Below are positions 55,448 to 64,000 of a stretch of DNA of 64,000 nt, piece after piece. The stretch's first letter is position 1. Each line of letters starts with the position of its first letter. This stretch comes from Octopus vulgaris (taxonomy: Eukaryota), in the NCBI GenBank assembly GCA_951406725.2, contig OX597824.1, positions 36,332,001 to 36,396,000 on the forward strand. Reading direction: 5' to 3'. The position numbers and the translations under genes were made by a program. The notes under the pieces were generated by a model, which saw nothing but the letters and a program-made list of their open reading frames with translations, was not told where the DNA came from and did no database searches.

Positions 55448-55729
55448 CGCATTATATATACAAATTATATATATATGTATAAATTAAATTAGAGATAAAA
55501 CCACTAATAGGCAAAAAAAAAAACAAAAAAAACATAAAAATATAATATAGAAAATATATAAAATTGAAAAATTTAAATTATTTAAATTTAAAATAAAAAT
55601 TATTAAATTATATTTATAATTTGTTTAAAAATATATATAACTATCAAAAAGTATTAAAAAGTTTAATATACATAAATACAGATATATACACTTTGTATAT
55701 ATACATTATATATACATATTTATATATCG

Positions 55730-55730
55730 A

Positions 55731-55761
<31 letters not shown>

Positions 55762-56428
55762 AATGAACGCAATGAATATCTGTGTGTGCGTGTACGTGTG
55801 CGTTTGTATGTGTGTGTGTGTAAGTTTATATTGATGTATATGCATGTATCCGTGGTGTTGTGAGTTTTGGGTGTGTGCATTGGTGTGCGTGTGTGCGTGC
55901 GTATGTGTGCGCATGTTTATGTGTGCGTATGTGTGTGTGTGTCTGTGCCTATATGTGTATACGTATGTGTATGTGTGTGTGCGCGTGTAGGCATATATTG
56001 TGTGTATGTATATGTATCGGTGTGCATGTGAATTTGTGTATGCGTGTGGGGGGGGAGTTGTGTGGGCGTAATGTGCGTGCGTGTGCTTGAGTGCGCTTAC
56101 GTGCGTGTATGTGTGTGTGTGTCTGTGCCCATGTGTGTATAAATGTGTGCGTGTCTGTATGAGTATTGTTTGTTGGCGGTATATGTGGGCATCTGTGCTG
56201 GTGTGTGTGTATGTACGTGTGTATGTGTGTGTACGTGCGTGCGAGTGAATGTATGTATACATGTGCGTGTGTGTACAAATGTAGAGGTTTATATGTGTGT
56301 ATATATATGTATGCACGCACACACGTTATAATTGAAAGATTGATGGGAAAAAAATTGGTGTGGGTGTATGTGAATCCACAGGCACACACATAGATACACT
56401 GACGCACGCCTGCAATACAGCCAACAAC

Positions 56429-56463
<35 letters not shown>

Positions 56464-57160
56464 TGTATGTATGTATGTATGTATGTATGTATGTATGTGT
56501 GTGTGTGAATGTATGCGTGTGTGTGTGGGGGGATTTTTTTTAGTTGTGTGGGCGTAATGTACATGCGTGTGCTTGTGTGCGTGTGTGCGCTTAAGTGCGT
56601 GTATGTGTGTGTGTATGTGCCCATGTATGTATAAGTGTGTGCGTATCTGTATGAGTATTGTTTGTTGGAAGTATATGTGGGCATCTGTGCTGGTCTGTGT
56701 GTATGTACGTTTGTATGTGTGTGTGCGTGTATTGTGTGCGTATGTACGTACGTGTGTGTGACCGTGGAGATGTGTGTTGGGTTGTGTTCATTTTAATGTG
56801 TGTACGCGCGTGTGCTTGAGTATGTGAGCGTATGTGGCTATGTGTACGTTTATGTGTGTGTGTCTAAAGGTATGTGTCTAAAGGTTTGTGTGTCTGTGTA
56901 TGCTGGATGGGATAGGTTAGGTTTCTGTGCATTCTTGTGCGTTTGTGTGCGTTTGTGCACGTGTGTGTGTGCACGGGCTTATGTGCATGTGCGCGTGAGG
57001 GTTTGTGGGTGTGTAGGTGTGTGTATTTTTGTGTGTGTGCGTGTGTATATATGTGTTGAAGTATGTGTGCGTATATGTGCATGTATGTTGTATGTGCGTG
57101 GTGTGTTGGAAGTATGTGTGTGTTCGTGGATACGTGAGTATGTGTGTGTATGTGTTTCTG
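55730..57160. repeat. Degenerate (GT)-rich low-complexity tract with an internal ~480 bp-spaced duplication
   Basis: 56030-56240 resembles 56510-56725. Confidence 0.85.
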
Positions 57161-57299
57161 TATAAGGACAATAATTTATAAAAACAATAAAATAATAAAA
57201 AAAAACAATAAATAATATAAAAGACGTTATAGCACGTAGGGAAAGGAATGAAAAAAAAGGGAAGGAAGAAATAAGAAATAAAAAAAAGTTGCTTGTTGC

Positions 57300-57660
57300 G
57301 GTAGGTGGAGCGCAGTCACTAAGAGGAGGGGCTGTGTTGAGTCCGTGCGGGGTATTAGTCTGTAAAGTGAATATGAACCGTTGCTCCAAGTGAAGCCTGG
57401 ATTGTGGAGGACCGTTGTGTGGGGCGAGACCAAACACAGAGATGTCATCGGGGAATGGCTGGCCGAGCAGAAGTGGCGTGCGACGGGAGAATTGGAACGC
57501 AGCCGAACACCCCTTAGATGTTCGGCGAATTGGTCGACCAACCGGCGTCCCGTCTGTCCTACATACAGCATCCCGCAGAGGGTGCATTTTATGCAATATA
57601 TGAGACCAGACGAAGTGCACGTAAATGAATGTCTAATACGTACAAGGATTAAATCTTCAT
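57300..57660 (-). mobile_element. Penelope-like GIY-YIG endonuclease fragment
   Basis: FTCTSSGLIYCIKCTLCGMLYVGQTGRRL.D.FAEH..SPVARHF. Confidence 0.8.
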
Positions 57661-58026
57661 AAGAAATTATCAAGTAGTTAGCGTGAAAAATCCCATAAGA
57701 GAAAAAATCTGTAAATTTTTTCACTTGAATATATTTATTTATATTACACATAAATGCCGCACGCTAGGAGGAACTCTTAAAGTCAAAACTACCAAAATAA
57801 ACATATCGTACCGAATGCAAGTCTCGAAGCAAGTCATTTAAAAACAGAATTTAGCTGCAGATCACCAGTGATTTCGTAATCAACGCAGTGGCTGCGTCCC
57901 TTACTCATCAGTGACAGCGTGATTCAAGATTTATAATAAATGAACAAAATGAACATACCAGACGAACAAGCATCGTATCCACCGCAGCATATAGAACAGT
58001 TCACCCCTTATACATCTATGTAAATG

Positions 58027-58091
58027 GCTGCACCTGATGAGTAAGGGACGCAGCCACAGCGTTGATTACGAAATCACTGGTGATCTGCAGC
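58027..58091 (+). ncRNA. Type I hammerhead ribozyme (antisense copy 57854-57918) within inverted repeat 57740-58205
   Basis: GCTGCA-C-CTGATGA-GTAA...TTAC-GAAA-TCA-CTGG-TGA-TC-TGCAGC: all three stems and the core present. Confidence 0.8.
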
Positions 58092-58223
58092 TATATTCTG
58101 TTTTTAAATGACTTGCTTCGAGACTTGCATTCGGTACGATATATTTATTTTGGTAGTTATGATTTTAAGAGTCCCTCCTAGCGTGCGGTATTTATGTGTA
58201 ATAATGCCCTCTATATAATATAA

Positions 58224-58295
<72 letters not shown>

Positions 58296-58911
58296 TAATA
58301 AATAAAATATATGCATACATACAAACATATGTGTACGTACCGACATCTATATGTATATATACATGCATATATAAATATATATACGTACAGGACACCACAA
58401 GAAGACGTAAAAATCAACAGAAACGAAAACGGAAAAGCCATTTTGTTACAACAGAAGGACAGAGACGTGGAACAAGACGAAACGAAAACGGGAAAAACAA
58501 TTATGTACAGCAGAAAAACGAAGTACAGGACATGCTGCACAAGGAAAAATCCCCTTCATCAGCTGTCGCTCGCAGACATAGCGTGTTTCGAAGGCAAGAC
58601 TGGACACGTCTGTCCATGCTAGGCCTTCCTACGAGAGAATTAAAATAAAATAACCTTGTAGAGGGGTAAAACGAGCAAAAAAAAAGTAACACAAAAAGGG
58701 ACGTAACAAAGAACTGCACAAAAAAAACAATACAAAATTAAAGATATATGTAATACACTCATGTAAATATATGTAAATGCTTATATATAATATACAACAT
58801 TTATATACACATATAATTTTAAAAGCCAAAGAAGCTACAAAACCCGTACCTATGGAATATTTGCTTCTTTCATCAAATAAATGAATAGATAAATAAATAA
58901 ATACATGAATA

Positions 58912-58975
<64 letters not shown>

Positions 58976-58999
58976 TGATAATGATGATAATGATAATGG

Positions 59000-59205
59000 T
59001 TTAAATTTTGCCACAAAGGCAGCCATTTGGGGGGAGGGTATAAATCGATTACATCAATCCGCAGTTTTTCACTGGTACTTAATTTATCGACCTAGAAAAG
59101 ATGAAAGGCAAAGTCAATCTCGGCGGAATTTAAACTCAGAGCGTAGCGATGGGCGAGCTAACGCTTAGCATTTCGCCCGGCGAGCTACTGCCAGCTCACC
59201 GCCGA
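59000..59205 (-). mobile_element. Cephalopod-type SINE
   Basis: Same core. Confidence 0.7.
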
Positions 59206-59322
59206 ACAGCTAAAATATTTAGGAGAGATTTTGGTATGTGAGGCTACCTGTTGTAACCCGATGTTAAGGACTTTTCTTTTCCAACAGTCTAATCTGTTCT
59301 GCATGTATGAAATAGTAATAAC

Positions 59323-59453
59323 TAGTAGTAGTAGTAGTAGTAGTAGTAGGAGGAGGAGGAGGATGAAGAAGAAGAAGAAGAAGAAGAAGAAGAAGAAGAA
59401 GAAGAAGAAGAAGAAGAAGAAGAAGAAGAAGAAGAAGAAGAAGAAGAAGAAGA
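59323..59453. repeat. (TAG)n(GAG)n(AAG)n microsatellite
   Basis: Direct reading. Confidence 0.95.
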
Positions 59454-60534
59454 GCTTCGCGCGAATAATAAGATAAAATGCTCCGCGCTGAATACACGTA
59501 CATTTGAATGTCTACGCAATCATATATACATTTTCAATCACAAACATCCTATACAACACATAATAAGCCAACATCGATTTCATGAAAAGAAACCTCAAAA
59601 AATCCTCATTGGGACCATATTAGTTTGAAATGCTAAAAGCACAATTTCTACTCATATTGATCATGTTGGTTTTAAATGCAAAACAGCACAATCTCTACTC
59701 ATATCAAAAAATCACTACCAGCATTGCCACATCCAGTATAGATGAGTTCCACGCAGTTAGAGCCATTGCAGTCACTTCAAATGACAGGCCTCGCTATCAC
59801 CAAGAATCTCTCAGAATAAAAGTCCATCCATAAATATAGCTGGTACTACGTAACAGAAACTGGCCCTTATCTACATGATAGAAAATTTTCAGTCCTCAAC
59901 AAATTCTGATATCTTGCAAATCTCAAGTTAATACCATAATAGAGTGCTCCTCTCAGATTTGGGACAGTGCTGCTGTTATGTGCAGACTCATCCTGGAATG
60001 CATCCAAAGAAGGACATATGGATTGAGTGACACACGATCGCTAACAGACATGCAACAATAACTGTTCCATATGCATTTAGTCATCACTCTCTGTCTTCCA
60101 TTTCCATCAATCATAGACATACTTCAGTCACTAGTCAACGCGTGGATGGTTCCCTGTCCATATTTTCTATTCAATCCATATATGACATACTACAATCACT
60201 TATCTACAGGCGGCTGACGCTCCTCTCTTTCCAATAATAAAGGACCCACTGACCTACTTCAGATATATTTCCTAGTTCATGAAGGTGAGTTATGGTTGTA
60301 GTGTCTTGAATTCTCATGCAGTTTACATTAATTTAGTCATGTAGACATGTTGTTAAGATAGACCCAAAGACAAAATTATAAATTTCGAAATTATTTACAC
60401 CATGTGCCTGAACAGTGATGGGACATGTCAATATGTTCTCACCTGCATCTGTATTGTTTTCGAGACTGAAATTATATTTGGGATTTCTTTAAAGACGACT
60501 AGAATTGAGAAAGAAGTTAACAATGTTAAAATAT

Positions 60535-61115
60535 TCTTTTCTGCTCTTGACACGAGGCCCGAAATTTTGGGGAAGTGGCCAGTCGATTATATCGATCCCA
60601 GTACGCAACTGGTACTTGATTTATCGACACTGAAAGGATGAAAGGGAAAGCTGACCTCGGCGGGATTTTAAACTCAGAACGTAACGGCAGAGAAAATACC
60701 TTTCTTTACTACCCACAAGGGGCTAAACACAGAAGGGACAAACAAAGACAGACAGACGGATTAAGTCGATTACATCAACCCCAGTGCGTAACTGGTACTT
60801 AATTTATCGACTCCGAAATTGTCGAAAGGCAAAGTCGACCTCGGCGGAATTTGAACTCACAACGTAACGGCAGACGAAATACCACTAAGCATTTCGCCCG
60901 GCGTGCTAACGTCTCTGCCAGCTCGCCGCTTTTACAATGTTAAAATATTAATTTCTTTATTGCCCAAAGGGGAATAAACATAGAGGGGACAAACAAGGAC
61001 AGACAAAGGGATTGAGTCGATTACATCAACTCCAGTGCGTAACCGGTACTTATTTAATCGAGCCTAAAGTATGAAAGGCAAAGTGGACCTCGGTGGAATT
61101 TGAACTCAGAACGAA
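60535..61115 (-). mobile_element. Cluster of three SINE units
   Basis: Core repeated at ~60630, 60830 and 61075. Confidence 0.8.
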
Positions 61116-62395
61116 ATAGCAGAATGTTCTGAAGTATATTGTTCACATCTCCAGAGGCATAAAATTCGAGCCAGTTTGCGCGTCACAGCTCCGTAAATAA
61201 GAGTTCCAGTCTGCTTTATTCCAGTCAAATCGGGCAGTTTGAAGACGGTTGTGGTTTTTGTTACAACCAGAGACAAGTCGGCCATGATCATGGAATGATC
61301 AGAGTCACCTAAAGGTTCTTCAGTAGTGACACTAATAATTGTTTCAGGAGAAGCGGTAAATAGCAGATCTAAAGTGATGTTACCCCTTGTAGGGGAGGTA
61401 ACGACTTGAGACCAATTTCAATTCCGCACCAGTTCAAGGAAATCGTCTGCACTTTGCGGCCAACGGAAGGCCTCTCAGTCAATCTAAGGAAAATTGAAGT
61501 TCCCCGCAATATAAACATAAGTGGCTGTTTTCATGGCAGCAACTCTGAGGATATCAAAATGTTGTGTGTCTTGATGATAATTTGGGAGGCGGTAAACAAC
61601 TCCGAGTAGAAGTGTTGACATAGTCATGTGTATATTGCAGAAAAATACTTCCTGTTGAGATTGGTTCAAATCATCACAAGGAATTACCGATAGATTTGAA
61701 CGAACGTAAACCATCACACCCCCACCACGTCGATTAATGCGGTCTTTGCGGAACAGGTTGTAGCCGGCTATGCTGAAAACCCCATCACAGAGTGCAGAGT
61801 GTGCCCATGTTTCCGTGACTGTGATGAAATCGTGGTCGATACTTTTGACGTAAGAGTAAAAAAGATGTACTTCGTTGCATTAACTACGGGCATTTAAAGA
61901 CAACAGTTTGTATCTGGATTTCAGATGACGATGATATACAGGGGATGGCTGATTGTTCTTGTTTAGTTTTCCATGATTTTTGTATTGCCAGTTATTGTGG
62001 GTGCAGTATGTTCAGACCAACTGATATACCTTATCCATGACTCACCAGACTTGACGAATTTCCATATTCCCATCGTCGCGTAGGCTAAAGCTTTCCTGTG
62101 GCACAGAGTTGCGATTTAGGGAAGCTACAGATCTTAGCTTTGAACGAACGTACATCAGTTGGTAGGCCAGGACGTGTCCGAAAGGTAATTCTGTTTTCGC
62201 GCCGAGCCCTATCAGCGGCTAGATGGTATGCCCGCGCCTCAGTAGAGTTCGAAAACAACAGCTTAATCAATCTGGGTTTGGATCCTGGTCAGTCAAAGCG
62301 GAAAGCACTTTTTGGAGGAACACAGCTTAGGTCTTTAGATGTGTTGCCAGTAAATGCCTGTAGATCTATCACATCTTCCGATAGAATCCCATTTC
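61115..62395 (-). mobile_element. CR1/L2-group LINE 5' part (ORF1 end and APE endonuclease), decayed
   Basis: DRINRRGGGVMVYVR, GVVYRLP, AGNFNFP, TLDLLFT, PLGDSDH. Confidence 0.75.
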
Positions 62396-63039
62396 TATGA
62401 AAACATATTAAAATTAGAATTTTAAAGTTTTATTATTCACACTCAGCAAAATCTCTGCTGAAGTAAATGATGCATAGATGTCTCCATTAATCTTAATCGT
62501 CTGGATCCTTAACTTTAAATGTAGAAACCATGTTATAGGTGGGGTTTAACTAAACTAAAACAAAATAGTTATAGTATTTTTTAAAAACTTTTCCAGACTT
62601 TTATGAGATTGGAGAGACTTTTATGAAAAGAATGGATGAAAAATTATTTCAGAAACTAAAATGATACAGACTGATGAATAGAATAGATTACTGTATTATC
62701 AATTTGAATCCGTAGTGATTATTACTAATTTACTGTTTGATTTCCTAGAATGTAACCAATTAAGATTGCTTCTAATTTTTATTGAGTGGATTCCGTAGCT
62801 AAAGCAATTGATATTAACGAGCAATTGAGCAATTGATATTATAGATAAATAAGCACATACTTCGTTAATTCACCTTAAATGTCAGGTAGTAATTTACAAA
62901 TAACTCGTGAATTATTTATAATGATAACAATTATTCAGTATATTGGTACAAAAATTTCTTCTCTTCAAGTGTCGGTAAGCAGTAGATTGAATTGATGTGG
63001 ATACTGAGGGGGGGGGGCCCACGTAATGATTAGACTGAC

Positions 63040-63049
63040 TATATAAATA
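63040..63049 (+). promoter_or_regulatory. TATA box of module E
   Basis: TATATAAATA, as in module D. Confidence 0.6.
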
Positions 63050-63124
63050 AGAGTCAGCAATGATTGAGATACATCTTGAGCTGGTTTTTGAAAAGAGCAT
63101 AGGATTTGTGAATATTACACAATC

Positions 63125-63173
63125 ATGAGGCATTTGATGGTTATATTTTATTCCTGGCATCTCCTATTTGGCA
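63125..63173 (+). CDS. Signal-peptide micro-exon E (MRHLMVIFYSWHLLFG+a); predicts a third M4 paralogue beyond the window
   Basis: Intact ATG, frame and GTAAGT donor; flanks near-identical to module D. Confidence 0.75.
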
Positions 63174-64000
63174 GTAAGTATATTTTCAAGAATTTTTTAT
63201 TATTGAATTTACATGTATTTTATCTTTATATTTTCTGATTATGACAAATTACTTGTTTTCTACATGAAACATTTTATAGAACTTAGGTTTTACTTATGGA
63301 TATTATTTCAATACTTATATGATAGACAGTGGAAACAATGAAGGGTAAAGTTGCTATCACCGTCGAGATATGAACCCAGGTTGTAAATATATGATATTGA
63401 TCATAGCAAAATATGTATTACTCATCTCTAGCATTGCAGTCAGGAGTCTGCTGAGGCACATACACTCAAACACACGTTCGTTCGCTTTATTTTGGTCGCA
63501 CTGCCTTCCAGACGTGCGCCAAAAGTTGGCCCTCTTGTGTTTATGTATCCAAGCTTACTTTGATTGCTCCAGTTTTCTTTCTTGTGTTACAGAGTAAACA
63601 TGGCTGCTCCACTGAAATTGTGCACCAAGGAAGAATAGAGATCTGTGACTTGTTTTTTCTGGTCTAAAGATGTGTTAGGGGCTGAAATTCATTGCAGGCT
63701 TTAGTACGATACAGAGATATCACTCTACAACTTAGAAGTTCAATAATGGCAAGTCAAGCATGAAGTTTGCTGCCAATGAACATCATTTGAATTTGTAGCA
63801 CCCTCTTTTTTCCTTCATTGAAGTACCTTACAAAAAACAGACCACAAAACTTGTTTGTGACACGATCATATTTTACAAAATTGGCGTTGAATATATCCAC
63901 TTTTCATATATTTTAGCTTTGCCATTATTTTAAACATGTTCCAAACGACACCTTGCTAATTTTGAATATTTGGAATCAAATATGATTTCAGCTGTATTTG

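Overview
AT-rich, repeat-saturated animal genomic DNA. The SINE, RTE, Penelope and microsatellite content suggests an octopus or other coleoid cephalopod (inference). The only intact host genes are two tandem + strand paralogues encoding secreted M4 (thermolysin-family) zinc metalloproteases that closely resemble the Pseudomonas elastase LasB / Vibrio vibriolysin type. Each has an FTP-PepSY propeptide, HExxH and GxxNExxSD motifs and a C-terminal extension, all in one large exon (19693-21605 and 50425-52346) that starts at a splice acceptor. The missing signal-peptide N-terminus is on a separate 46-49 bp micro-exon (ATG...A|GTAAGT, phase 1) with an upstream TATA box. This promoter + micro-exon module occurs five times (1048, 6210, 35936 degenerate, 45554, 63125) for only two catalytic exons in the window. 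The picture is an intron-containing, tandemly expanding, bacterial-like protease cluster with near-identical propeptides and divergent active-site clefts. The rest is transposon debris (mariner, Tc1, Chapaev3-like, Merlin-like MITE, Helentron-like, piggyBac fragment, Gypsy, CR1/L2, RTE, CRE-like, Penelope), with several hammerhead ribozyme motifs, a 1.4-kb palindrome and a 19-bp G-rich minisatellite.
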